Assembly: GCF_026571515.1 (NCBI RefSeq)
Contig: NW_026863698.1
Coordinates: forward strand, 1 to 64,000
Reading direction: 5' to 3'
Length of the DNA stretch: 64,000 nucleotides
From: Ruditapes philippinarum
Lineage: Eukaryota
Numbering within the stretch: the stretch's first letter is position 1; each line of letters begins with the position of its first letter. Below, piece after piece: positions 22,755-35,905 of this stretch. The translations under genes and the position numbers were made by a program. Below the pieces are notes generated by a model. That model was not told the origin of the DNA, made no database searches, and saw only the letters and a program-made list of their open reading frames with translations.

Positions 22755-23490
22755 TTTTTTTCCACAAGTGCACGTAATATCGGGTACATCAAACCGTACA
22801 AACCGCCTATGGGGGCAGTTTGGTCGGTTTTGCAAACCAGTAAGCGATTTTGGAAAACAAATGGTTCAAACCTTTTCTAGTTCAAAACCAGTTTTACGAA
22901 ACAAATGGAAGGTTTGAAAACCCGGTTTCAAAAACCGAACTCAGTTTGTTGTCAACAAACGCGCCCTAGAAAGTAGGTAATATACATGAAAATCAGTGGC
23001 ATAAAGTAGGACAAAGCAAAGGGATTTGAAAATGTCTTGCATTTAATCAATGCCAGACGTTTTATTATCAAAAAGTTAACTGACTAGAAAGAAGGTAATA
23101 TACATAAAAATCAGTGGCATAAAGAAGTACAAAGCAAAGTTCACAATAATAATGAAACAAAATATAATAATCAGCAACAGCAATCAAGTATGATAATAAT
23201 AATCAAGCAACGTCCAGCAGGACAATAGTGTTAATATAACAGTAAATAAGTGTGATAATATAACAGCAATCCAAGTATGATAATAAATCAGCAGGCAAGG
23301 TGGGTGGAGGGGAGGACAGAGGTAAAAGCGAGAAACTTGTCTGAAAAGCTTATGGCTCCTGTTCCGAAACAAAGAGCGCATTTGTTGCCGATAAACCAGT
23401 TCATGTTATAGGTTTGCAGTTTAGTGTTATTAGGATCAACCTGAAACCTGTTTAGTTTTAATCACCAAACTGTGGGTTTATCAAGTAAAA

Positions 23491-24637
23491 ATGGTGGACA
23501 ATGTATCCAGATATCTAATTTTAGAAGAATTAATGTGTTCTGAATACGATGACAATATTCTTTTGCTACAAAAAATAACCAGGAACACAGTTTGTAGCAT
23601 GGCTGTTGCCACCACAACATTTAGAGAAAGAAAAAAAACGAATCCAGAACTATGTGGAGGGAGTATTGCCATATTATAGTGTTGATGATTTTAAGGACAG
23701 ATTCCGAATCAGTAGGGAAACATTCGACTCGTTAGTAGAACAAATGATTCCATACATAGGTAAAGGGGAAATATGCGTTGAAAAGAAACTGCTAATATAT
23801 GTCAAGTATATATCAACGCAACAGACGTATCAAGCTTTGGCAGATATATTTGGGGTATGCGAGTATTCTGTTCACAAATGCATTCATGAAATTTCAGAGA
23901 AAATTTGTAAACACTTGCTACCAGATTTAGTGAAATGGCCAGAGAAACGGACAGCTGATAGAACTGTAGATGGATTCCAGGAAATCAATGGTTTTCCAGG
24001 TGTCATTGGAGCGATTGATGGAAGTCATATCCCTATCCGCACCCCAACAGAATTCCCAGAAAACTATATTAACAGAAAAGGTTACCCTTCCTTGATACTT
24101 TAAGCAGTTTGCGACTGTAACCTTAAGTTTTTAGATGTATATCGCGGGTGGCCTGGGTCAGTGCACGATGCACGAGTCCTTAGAAATTCCCCGTTATTCA
24201 AGAGTGCTTCAGCAGCTGAAAGTGAAGAAATCTACATGTTTCCCATCAACACACATCTACTTGGAGATTCAGCCTATCCACTATCCAACAGGTTAATGGT
24301 ACCTTTTAAGGACTTTGAAAACCTCAATGAAATCCAGAAAAGGTACAATTACAAACATAGTTCAACAAGAATCTGCATAGAAAGAGCTTTTGGAGCTCTG
24401 AAAGGACGCTTTCGCAGACTGAAATTTGTGGATCTGACAGACATCAAAGCTATTGTACATGTTGTACTAAGTTGTTGTTGTCTTCATCAACTTTGTCTGT
24501 ACAACAGTGCTGAGGACATCCTAGAATTCATACAGGATAGCGCCGAGGACAACGAAGAGGTCAACAATTTTATGGACATTTGTAAAACATGTGCGTCAGC
24601 TGACGTGAAACGAAAAGCCATTGCCGACCTTTTGTAA
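23491..24637 (+). pseudogene. Harbinger transposase pseudogene (frameshift in the A-run ~23630, nonsense TAA at 24101)
   Basis: Three ORF pieces align to 14786-15937 (IDGSHIPIRTP, GDSAY, IERAFGALKGRFRRL). Confidence 0.9.
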
Positions 24638-25421
24638 CTTTGAACAGTACATGCATTATGGTGTATACCAAGTGGCAGTATTATTTACAGATAAGATAAT
24701 ACATAACTGATTTAGTCAAAATTAAAAAGAAAACATTCATAAGCTGTGTTTCTCTTTTATTTAACTGAATGTTATAAACATAACAACACATGTAACAGAA
24801 AAGAAATTTTCTTAATTAATCTTGTACACTGTACACTTTTTCCTACAAGTCCTAAAAGTAAAATAAAGAATCTCCAATGAAAATATGATCAGTTGTGAAA
24901 AAAATCTAGAACAATATTAATTTCCACCTTCTCACATCTGAGATATAACTCACATGTCATAACTAAACATGTCTAAAAAAAGTATATGTCGAGTCAATTT
25001 ACCCTAAAACTTTAAAAAAGACAAGGGCATTAAAAACTGTTAGCACAAACAAGGGTTCATCGTACGATTGTAGTTTCCACAATAATAAATGATCAAATAA
25101 AGCTCAAATAAAAACAAGTATACTTGAATTTCGAAACTGGTTTTCTTACAACAGGAAGTTTGTTTCCATCATTTAGCTGATATTTGCTAAAATGCAAATT
25201 CAGTCTATCTTAAAATATTAAAAGATATATAAGTTCTGTCTGCAAAGGTATTGGTATCAGCTACTGTGTACAACAACGATGAGTGCCAAGCATATCTTTA
25301 CCATTTAAACTTGCGCTCTGCCCTGTGTCTGCATGACCTTGAACTGTTACAAGAATGGACCAATAAACACACGCCATTTCATTATGTTAAACATTTCTGC
25401 TAAATATCTTCAGGCAGTTAA

Positions 25422-26214
25422 GGTATTAGCACCCTAATGCATTACCTCCGCTTTGAAGATTATTCAAATAGGCTAGAACTACTGTTAACTACATTGAAAA
25501 TGAGGGCCATGGGTTCAATCCACAGAAGGGTCAACTTTTTTTTTCTTTCTTTTTTTCTTTTAACATTATTTATGTATCTCTCATGTCCCATTTGGAAAGA
25601 AAAAAGTGTTTAATTTTGATTTTTAATTTATATAGGTATTTATTGGCTAAATTATGCTAAATATAGTAATAAATATGGTACCTGATATTTTCAAAGTGTA
25701 ATATAATCAAAACTAGACGGTAAAAGTATTTCATATTTTACAAGATCAACCAATATACTTTTTTAAAAATTTAAAGAAACTTTGAAAACAGGCACTCATT
25801 TGGGTAAATTTTAAGATTTTTTAAAATTAGGCTCCCTAAGTAGAAAAATGGTCAGACACGTGGTAAAAATGGGTGGGGTAGGGTAACATTTTTATACAGA
25901 TTTCATAAATTTTAAGTAGAAACCATAATTTTGCTTATTTTGATTGTTAGCTGAATGGTACTATTTGTTCTTACCAAAAAAATTAATGGGAAAACATTTT
26001 TCCATTAGAATGTTATTGCAGATTATTTAAAGGTTCCTACTTTCTAAAAAAGGGCCCTCATAACATCCTAGCTTGAGTTCAGAAAAGTGGCCATAACTTG
26101 ATTTCCGTACGGTAAACTTTGTTTAAATTTTGCATACAGGTGTACTTTAAGGTATACATCTTACTTATGATGTCAATTTTTAGTTACTGATAGTGCCATT
26201 AGGGTCCTAATACC
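25422..26214. mobile_element. Kolobok-type non-autonomous element
   Basis: TTAA|GGTATTAGCACCCTAATG ... CATTAGGGTCCTAATACC|TTAA; a homologous disrupted copy lies at ~48442-51130. Confidence 0.75.
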
Positions 26215-28176
26215 TTAAGAGAGATAAGGTGTGGAGACTTAACATATAACCATTGTAAAGTGGAAGTTTTGAAGCTTCAAGTACTATATTGAAAATTGTG
26301 TTCAGTATAGCTTAAAACTTGTACTTGCAGACATTATTCTCAATAGCAAATACACAAAATAAATTCAAAAAATCTTTTAAGCAGGGTTTAAAAGATTTGA
26401 AAGCTTAATTTACGACTCGGGCAGAAGTGGAGGCACACAAAGGGAAAAACACAATATATCGCCCTTAACAAGGCTTTTCAATGGGGCATTATTATAAATT
26501 TTCCATAGGTTTTGAAATTCCTAAAAAATCATTTTTAATTAATATTACTGCCAGTATGTTGATTTTCTTACAAAAAAAAACTAAAACGTCACAACAATTT
26601 TTACAGCATGTCAAGAAAACTTGCTTTATACATGTACCATACGTTTATAAAGAAGTTTTCCACCATACTATTAATAAAACCACGCAGAATTTCCTTCTTA
26701 AATCCTTTTTAAGGCCATTTTTGAAATGGAGCACAATTCATAACGGAATCATATTAAGTCTATGGCGCATTCTTTGCACGAAACACAAAATGACCAATTA
26801 AGTCAACAAAGTAGATATAAGAACACCTGGACCTTAAACTGGGCAAAAATTAGCAAACAAATTTGGCAGGTAATCTGCTGCCTAGTTGAAATGAAATGTT
26901 AGAACACTTTACAAACTAACCATCTTACTTTAACAAGAAAACTGAGTAAGGTTTTTATAAATTTCAAAACGCTAATGTCTGTTCCTCAGACAGAACTTCC
27001 AAATCAGAATGAATTAGCACATTAACAATCCAGCAAACTGATACTTAATCAAGTGATTGCGTACTACATGTTGATCATTTTCAAACAGGTGATACTGTTA
27101 TATGTGTAAATTACTTTCAAATAAGTGATACTCTTCTTTATGTTGAGCATTTTTCAACAAGCTGTACTGTTCTAAGTGTTGAGCATTTTCAAGCAAGCCA
27201 ATACCATTTTATGTGCTGAGCATATTAAAACGCAATCAGTTCTAGGTGCTGAGCTATTTAAAACAAGCAATACTGTTGTCCAGCTTTCTTAACTTCAATC
27301 TTTCAGTAATTTTGACAAAAGTTGAATTTTCTGTTTTTCAGTTGTCATTCTATCTTCATGTTGCTTATTATCTCAGTTATTAACTCCCTTTGCTCTTCTT
27401 TCATATCTTCTATTAACTGTATTACTGTATCGGTTTTGTTTTTTCTTGTTTTCTGCTTTTTTTTCTTGATTGGTGAACTACATGTAGAAGCTCCTGGTTC
27501 TTCACTACCTGTGCTAGATTCACTTCACAATGGAATGGAGTAACATTTGGTCTGTACCCATATATTTCTCCAATTTCTTTAAAGAAAGGGCATTCCTTTT
27601 TATCAGCACCAGCTTTTCGGTTATTATCAATTGTGTCTCTGTATGCTTTTGTCATGTTTTTCCATTTTTTGTTTCACACTGCTGCCATGTTACTGGTAAC
27701 AGGTGTTCAGTAATTTTGTTTTTGCAATTTCTTGCCAAACTGTCTTTTTCTTAATAGCTGCTGGTTTCTGAAATTTTGCTTCATTTTTTTTATAAAGTGC
27801 TATTAACCTAAGAACAGCAGGTCTCGTCCACTGAAAACTTGGGCTTTGCAAATACTTCGTTCTGTGATACTGAAAATAAGTAAGACTTTTACAAATTTAA
27901 GTGATAGAGAAAGAAACTACATAGCCATTTCGGGGTTCACCTAAGCCTCAGGGACTTCTTTCTGTGGACCAAAATGTGGTTACAGAAAACTTATTGGTCC
28001 TTTAGACCTTTACCTTGCTTGGCCATCCTTAAAAATTACAGTTTTTTTGGTGCTCCAATTTGAAAAGGGTATAACAAGTTCACTTGTGCCCCAATTGTCT
28101 TACGTATGGTCCATTCATCCTGCTGCTTTACAAGCAAGGCATTGTGGAACTACTGGTAGTGACTAATAAGCTCTGA

Positions 28177-28570
28177 CAAAGAGCTGTTCGTAAGACAGAG
28201 CGCTCGACTTTTCTAAGTGCTTGACACTAAATCAGAACTTTGCCAGTAAAAGGGGCTTAACTTAATAAAATAATTAATTCCCAGTTTTGGATTGTTTCGC
28301 CTGGTGTAGACTTTAAGTCAAAAGCTAAAAAAGGGCCATAAATCTGTCAAAAAATAACTTTAAAGTAGGGATTATCTGCCTTTTCTGGTATGGGTTCCCC
28401 TTTCGAGAGTGAACAAACTATTCCAATTTCCAAGTTTCAAGTGAATACCTTTGATAGTGTTTGAGAAAATGAATCGCCAGAAAAAATCACATGCAGACGC
28501 AGACCCACCCGCAGACGATCAAGTGACGACAATACCTTGACTTGTTTTTACGAAAAGTCGAGGTAAATAA
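28177..28570 (-). mobile_element. Degenerate Helentron/pearl-like element
   Basis: Minus-strand start tttta..cctcgacttttcg and 3' hairpin end gtcgagcgctctgtcttacgaacagctctt. Confidence 0.55.
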
Positions 28571-28789
28571 AACACAAAATACAAATAATTTTTAGAGTTC
28601 TACCTCTTCTTAGAAACCAGTGATGGCAATTTTCTTTTAAAATCTGGTCATTTTATTAACCTTACAAAGCATATTTCTTTCTGCTGTTACCTATCTTTCA
28701 AGAAACTTGCACCTTGCTTTTAAGGCAAACTTAAGCTAGGGCTTCTAATTTGCCCACAATGACAAACAGATTCCCCTCTCAAAATCAGT

Positions 28790-30450
28790 TTTTTGGCCGG
28801 GTTGCACTGGTGCAAACCCGGGTTATAGTATGGGTGAATGTTGGGCGGCGGGGCGGTTGGCGGGCGGCGGGCGGGCGGGGCAAAAACTTCAGCAAACCAC
28901 TTATCACAGCCTTTTAATATTTGGTATACAGCATCAACACATGGTCCCATGCTGTGGGATTCGATTTCAGGTCTGTCGCTAATCTACTTCCTGTTTGCTG
29001 ACCTATTTAAATTTTCAACATTAATGGTTAATGGTAGGAAATTTTCGTAACAGTTTTCTCAGCAACTACTTATCACAGTCTTTTGATATTTTGTATACAG
29101 CATCAACACATGGTCCCATACTGTGGGATTCGATTTCAGGTCTGTCGCTGATCTACTTCCTGTTTGCTGATCTACTTAAATTTTCAACATTAATGGTCAA
29201 TGGTACAAATTTTCGTAACAGTTTTCTCAGCAACTACTTATCACAGCCTTTTGATATTTTGTATACAGCATCAACACATGGTCCCATACTGTGGGATTTG
29301 ATTTCAGGTCTGTCGCTCATCTGCTTCCTGTTTGCTGACTTTGTTAAATTTTCTACATTAATGGTCAATGGCAGGAAATTTTCGTAACAGTTTTCTCAGC
29401 AACTACTTATCACAGCCTTTTGATATTTGGTATACAGCATCAACACATGGTCCCATACTGTGGGATTCGATTTCAGGTCTGTCGCTCATCTACTTCCTGT
29501 TTGCCGACCTAGTTAAATTTTGGACATTAATGGTCAATGGTAGGAAATTTTCGTAACAGTTTTCTCAGCAACTACCTATCACAGCCTCTTGATATTTGGT
29601 TTACAGCATCAACACATGGTCCTATACCGTGGGATTAGATTTCAGGTCTGTTGCTCATCCACTTCCTGTTTGCCGACTTAGTTAAATTTTCTACATTAAT
29701 GCTCAAAGGTAGGAAATTTTCGTAACAGTTTTCTCAGCAACTACTTATCACAGCCTCTTCATATTTGGCGTACAGCATAAACATATGGTCCTATACCGTG
29801 GGATTTGATTTCAGGTCTGTCGCTCATCCACTTCCTGTTTGCCGACTTAGTTAAATTTTCAACATTAATGGTCAATAGTAAGAAATTTTCGTAACAGTTT
29901 TCTCAGCATTTACTTATCACAGCCTTTTGATATTTGGTATACAGCATCAACACATGGTCTCATATCGTGGGATTTGATTTCAGGTCTGTCGCTCATCCAC
30001 TTCCTGTTTGCCGACTTAGTTAAATTTTCTACATTTATTGTCAATGGTAGGAAATTTTCGTAACAGTTTTCTTGGCAACTACTTAACACAGCCTCTTGAT
30101 ATTTGGTATACAGCATTATCACATGGTCCCATACTGTGGGATTTGATTTCAGGTCTGTTGCTCATCCACTTCCTGTTTGCCGACTTAGTTAAATTTTGAC
30201 ATAATTAATGATCAATAGATAGGTAGGAAATTTTCGTAACAGTTTTCTCAGCAACTACTTACCACAGCTTCTTGATATGTGGTTCACAGCATTGACATGT
30301 GGTCCCATATTGTGGGATTCCATTTCAGGTCTGATGCTCATTACCAACTAAGTTAAATTTTCAACATGAATGGTCAAGACAGTGGTAGAAAATTTAAGTA
30401 ACATCACAGCCTCATGATATTTTGTATACATATGCAACCCGGCCTTTTCT
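28790..30450 (+). mobile_element. Helentron/pearl-like element with ~9 x 169 bp tandem array
   Basis: IR ggccgggttgca / tgcaacccggcc, (GGCG)n microsatellite and a homogeneous 168-169 bp array. Confidence 0.85.
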
Positions 30451-31006
30451 GTCTTTGACCCATTTTTTTGATTACCTTTTGCCTTGCAGCTTTCCGACAA
30501 AGTACCAGGTGGACTGTCATCTGTGGATGAGTTATGAGGTGGACTATCACCTGTGGATGAATTACGAGGTGGGGTGTCATCAGTGGATGAGTTACAAGGT
30601 GGATTGCCATCTGTGGAGTAGTAACCAGGTGGGCTGTCATTTGGTAAATTGGGCTTCTGGGTTTCTGTGTGAAATAAACAAATATTAACTCTATACAATC
30701 CCACTCAAGTATCTATACCTCATGTTTTCAATTAGGGATTTAGCCTCAAATCTATCTCAGAACTTTCGAAAGTATTTGTATATCGAGGGGAAATGAGGAA
30801 GAGATCTAAGTGCTTCTTTATTTATATGCACTTAGACCTCTTTCACATTCACCACTCGATATGTATCCTGGATATAACTATTTTTACTATCAAACAATAG
30901 AACTACAGACTGACTTGATCATGAAACTAAACCAAATGTGCTATATGTTTAGCATGTTTAGTTTAAAGATAGTTATTTTAAACTGATTGTAAACAAAAGC
31001 TCTTGC

Positions 31007-32763
31007 TTTTTAGCTCACCTGTCACAAAGTGACAGGGTGAGCTTTTGTGATCGCTTTTCGTCCGCCGTCCGTCCGTCCGTCGTCCGTCCGTCCGTCCGTA
31101 AACTTTTGCTTTAAATGACATCTCCTCATAAACCACTGAGCCAATTTCATCCAAACTTCACAGGAATGTTCCTTTGGTGGTCACCTTTAAAAATTATTCA
31201 AAGAATTTAATTCCATGCAGAACTCTGGTTGCCATGGCAACCAAAAGAAAAAACTTTTAATATCTTCTTTTAAAAAACCATAAGAGCTACAGCTTAGATA
31301 TTTGGCATGAAACATCTTCTAGTGAGTGTCTACCAAGTTTGTTCAAATAAAAGCCCTGGGGTCAAAATTGGCCCCGCCCGGGGGGGTCATTGATTTTTCC
31401 TATATGCATATAGTAAAAACTTAAAAAATCTTCTTTTAAAGAACCCAAAGAGCTAGAGCTAAGATATTTAGCATGAAACATGTTCTAATGGGTGTCTACC
31501 AAGTTTGTTCAAATAAAAGCCCTGTGGTCAAAATTGGCCCCGCCCCTGGGGGTCATAGATTTTCCCTATATGCATATAGTAAAAACTTAAAAAATCTTCT
31601 TTTAAAGAACCGTAAGAGCTAGAGCTTAGATACTTGGCATGAAACATCTTCTAGTGAATGTCTACCAAGTTTGTTCAAATAAAAGCCCTGGGATCAAAAT
31701 TGGCCCCGCCCCAGGGGGTCATTGATTTTCCCTATATGCATATAGTAAAAACTTAAAAATCTTCTTTTAAAGAACCCAAAGAGCTAGAGCTAAGATATTA
31801 AGCATGAAACATCTTCTAGTGAGTGTCTACCAAGTTTGTTCAAATTAAAGCCCTGGGGTCAAAATTGGCCCCGCCCCGGGGGTCATTGATTTTCCCTATA
31901 TGCATATAGTAAAAACTTAAAAAATCTTCTTTTAAAGAACCCAAAGAGCTAGAGCTTAGATATTTGGCATGAAACATCTTCTAGTGAATGTCTATCAAGT
32001 TTGTTCAAATAAAAGCCCTGGGGTCAAAATTGACCCCGCCCCAGGGGGTCATAAATTTTCCCTATATGCATATAGTAAAAACTTAAAAATCTTCTTTTAA
32101 AGAACCCAAAGAGCTAGAGCTAAGATATTTAGCATGAAACATTTTCTAATGAGTGTCTACTAAGTTTGTTCAAATAAAAGCCCTGGGGTCAAAATTGGCC
32201 CCGCCCCAGGGGGTCATTGATTTTCCCTATATGCATATAGTAAAAACTTGAAAATCTTCTTTTAAAGAACTCAAAGAGCTAGAGCTAAGATATTTAGCAT
32301 GAAACATGTTCTAATGGGTGTCTACCAAGTATGTTCAAATAAAAGCCCTGGGGTCAAAACTGGTCCGGGGGGGGGGTCATTGATTTTCCTTACATGTGTA
32401 TAGCAAAAACTTAAAAATCTTCTTTGGAAAAACCCAAATAGCTAGAGTTTAGATATTAAGCATGAAACATCTTTAAATAAATATCTACAAAGTTTGTTAA
32501 AATAAACGCCCGGGGGTCAAAACTGGCCCTGTCCCAGGGGTGTCATTGTTTTTAACTATATGTGTATAGTAAAAACTTTAAAAATCTTCTTTTAAAAAAG
32601 CCAATGAGCTAGAACTTAGATGTTTAGCATGAAACATCTTCTTATGGGTGTCTACCAAGTCTGTTCAAATAAACAAATAAAAGCCCTTGGGTAAAAATTG
32701 ACCCGGGGGTGGGGGGGGCCTATATACAGGTGAGCGACCTCAGGGCCATCATGGCCCTCTTGT
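31007..32763 (+). mobile_element. Helentron/pearl-like element with ~9 x ~165 bp satellite units (BIV160-like)
   Basis: 5' ttttagctcacctgtcacaaagtgacagggtgagc, (GTCC)n, units with ggggtcaaaattggccccgcccc, and 3' caggtgagcgacctcagggccatcatggccctcttgt. Confidence 0.88.
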
Positions 32764-35700
32764 ATTCAATAACTTTTTGAAGTTCACATCAGTGACTCAC
32801 TGTATGCTACTTTTGAAAAGGAACATTTAAATCGAAGTAGAAGGTGTCGTACAATAACAGTCAAAGCAGATGGCGAATCCATGTTTTGCATGTGGCTACA
32901 ATCTACAAGTTCATGCTGCAAATAGTGCATACTGAGTGAGTTGGCACTAAAGCTAAGTAGGATATTGCTTTGGTGATTACCAAGTTGAAAGTGTTTAAAA
33001 GCTCTAACTGATAAGCAGTGGGTTTAACCTGACTAACCTTCAGCAGCCATGCAAATCCACCTGTCAAAATCATCCCAGTCAACCAAAGTGTTAACAACCC
33101 ATGGATGTAATGCTTCAACTGCTTGCTTGCCAAGTTGATTTAAACGTTTTTGAACACCATCATACACTACTTCACTGTAGTTCTTTACTATGACGGGAAT
33201 GTCAGCAGGCTCTACAGATTTTCTAAGTTCATTGCCGTAGGTTTCATTACAAGCCAAGTATGATTTCAATGTAGCTGGCGACAAATACCGATGAAACTGT
33301 ATAGGCACGACTGTACATAACGGCCCAATTGCCATGATTCTGAAAATATAAGTAAATTTATCTGCAACAGTAATTTAATGAGGATATTAGAGGAAATATG
33401 TATTAAAATATATTTTAGGCCTCGCAGGTCAACGGCTGGTAAGTGTGACAGACCAGCATGTTAACACAAGCAAAGGTGTCAGTGCTTTTGACCCTGACCA
33501 TCGAAAAATAACACTATTTTTAACCGACTGTTTCCTAGATAATACGCTATTACAAAAAGCATCGCTTTAATTATCTGGCATTTTCAGTGTCTGTAGTTAT
33601 TTCACACCACCTAAAAATTAATTAACTGATTAATTGTAGGGGTGTAAGGATTCATCCATGCATCGCAATCCACTATTCAACTAATGTATGCATCACAAAC
33701 AAAATGCCAATGGCCATACAAGGTGATGCAATATGTTTTTTTTTACCTTGCAATGCACCTTCATTATATGTGCACTATTGTTTATACAGAAAAGCACTTC
33801 AGGAAATGGAAATGTCAAACATATACTAATTGTGACTTGTCAGATTAAATAATGCGATGAATATTCCCATTATGATATCGTTGTCATCTTTCATTGCAAT
33901 TTAGGCTGCGTGTGAGGTAGTAAGACCCTAGTTGACATACAACTTGTCATTTAAAAAAAATTGTCATTAAATGGTTATTAATAATTTATTACTCTTTTTC
34001 TAACACTGACATATATAGGTTAGGAATTGACTTCCAAGGATGACAGTAATTGTGATACGTATTGCATTGCCACTTAAATATTACAGTACATATCACAAAG
34101 TATTTTAGGGGTGTCTGTGGCCGGGTGGTTACCTTCACCTTTAAGCTTAATTCAATCACCATCTTTAATACCTTACATCAAAATATAATTTCTAAATAAT
34201 AGCCTTAACTTACACATTTTGGGACTTCAATCTTTAGAAAATAATAATTCAACAGTTCAACGTAATTTATTACAAGACTGAGAGTGAGAAGTAAATTATT
34301 AAAGAATACTTAATTTCATCACATAAATAGCTACTTTTTAAATATTAAAACTAAAATATAGAAGAGAATATTTTGTGATATATGTTAAGTAGATCTCTAC
34401 TTTGACTTTTTAATGCTGGGTACGTTGTGACTCGAGTACGTTTCGTCTATACTTCTAGATTATAAATGCAACATCACAAGTTATACTTATAAAGCATTAT
34501 AAGCTGTGTCATACAACTTTGCAACTAATAAGTAACATTACTGTTCCGCTTAAAATGTTTAAAAAATTATGCTCATTTGTCAATTACCGATTTGAATTTT
34601 GGTCCAACATTCCTTCATGTTTGGCTGCCGCCATTTTTCCAGGAAAGTGCATGTATGTTCGGACAACCTTAACCGATCAAACTGCACCTGGAGGCAGTTT
34701 GGTCAGTTTGCTAAACCGGTTCTTGTTTCCGCTTCTAAAAACAACTAAAAAATCAGTTTTAGTTTAAGTGAAAAACTGAAAAACAAATGTAGGGTTTACA
34801 AAACGGGTTTGAAACCAAACTAAGTTTATCGGCAACAAATGCGCCCATTGTTGTACATGTATCCGAAAGCTATAAATAGAATGATGAGTTGATGACCTAA
34901 ACATTCCGAAAATCTATTTATAGAGGGGTGTACTCCTATCGGAACATCCCGGTCTCTCCCGGTCTATTTTGACCGGGATTTACTAGTGACCGGCGAATAG
35001 TATCACACGTTTATTGTCCGGTCTCTCCCGGATTTGGAGTAGATGTTTGATATCGTTACAGAACAGAACAAATATTTTCCAAAACGAATGTTTGTCACTT
35101 AGTTTGGTTACAATAATTAATAAACACAGATAAACTCTAAAATTTATTGATTATTATTATACATAAACGTAATTCGAAAAAACAACAACAACAATAGCAT
35201 GTTTCATTTTATCTATATGAGATAAAAACAATAAATATGTACAATCATTGAGAAAAAAGGTACATTTTTATGGTATTAATATGACACTATCAACTTTGAA
35301 ACATTTTATTTAATTTGTTATTCGTGTTTAGTAAAGATGCCGAGGAATTTTCAAAGTTACAAATTAGATTATATGAATTATTCAATTGATTGATAATTTA
35401 AAAAATAATGAAGAAAAATACAAATGTACATGTACATTGTTTAAGAATAAGCAATATTATATCTTGAAAGATTAACCATAATTTACTGACTTTTTCCAGT
35501 TAAGTTCTGACTTATAATCATCGGTCAATATGACAATTGAATTCTTAAAATGTATTTTACAATTTAATAAAAAAAAGGGTAGAAAACGTAAAATCTAATA
35601 TAATGATTATAAACGAAGCAGTAACGAATTATCGTTAAGTCGTTATACCCCTCAACTCCTAAGGTATACCGGCTTCTAATGTATCGGAATTGACGAGCTA

Positions 35701-35905
35701 CCTAGTTAACTACTAACATGGCATCATGCGTGACATTGAAATTGAGAGCAGAATATCACCAAAGGGGTAAGCCAAAGGTGCCATTCCGTTTCGACGGTTG
35801 ATAATATCAATGTTGCACATGCTTCCTTAATACATTTATTTTATTATAACAAACAAAATTAAGCACATAAATGTTTTAAAATGTTCCTGATAGTCAAAAT
35901 GTCAC

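Larger units (their letters stand above)
14651..22966 (+). mobile_element. PIF/Harbinger transposon 1, full length, apparently autonomous
   Basis: Perfect 13-bp TIR GGGCGCGTTTGTT / AACAAACGCGCCC and 3-bp TSD TAG on both sides. Encodes a nuclease and a Myb/SANT protein in convergent orientation. Confidence 0.93.
27285..34634 (-). pseudogene. Myb/SANT gene of Harbinger 2 (exons 34588-34634, 33038-33339, ~30506-30664, ~27285-27869), frameshifted
   Basis: Same exon phases as element 1. The MAIGPL..TLKSYLAC..PADIPVIV..HPWV..DWD exon is conserved. WTRPAVLRLI..WQEIA..QCETK/WKN..CPFF..YGYRPNVTP is present with frameshifts. Confidence 0.8.
23374..34846 (+). mobile_element. PIF/Harbinger transposon 2, related to element 1, pseudogenised and expanded by nested insertions
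   Basis: 23-bp TIR GAGCGCATTTGTTGCCGATAAAC / GTTTATCGGCAACAAATGCGCCC (1 mismatch) and the same gene layout as element 1. The flanking trinucleotides do not match (aaa/att). Confidence 0.85.
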
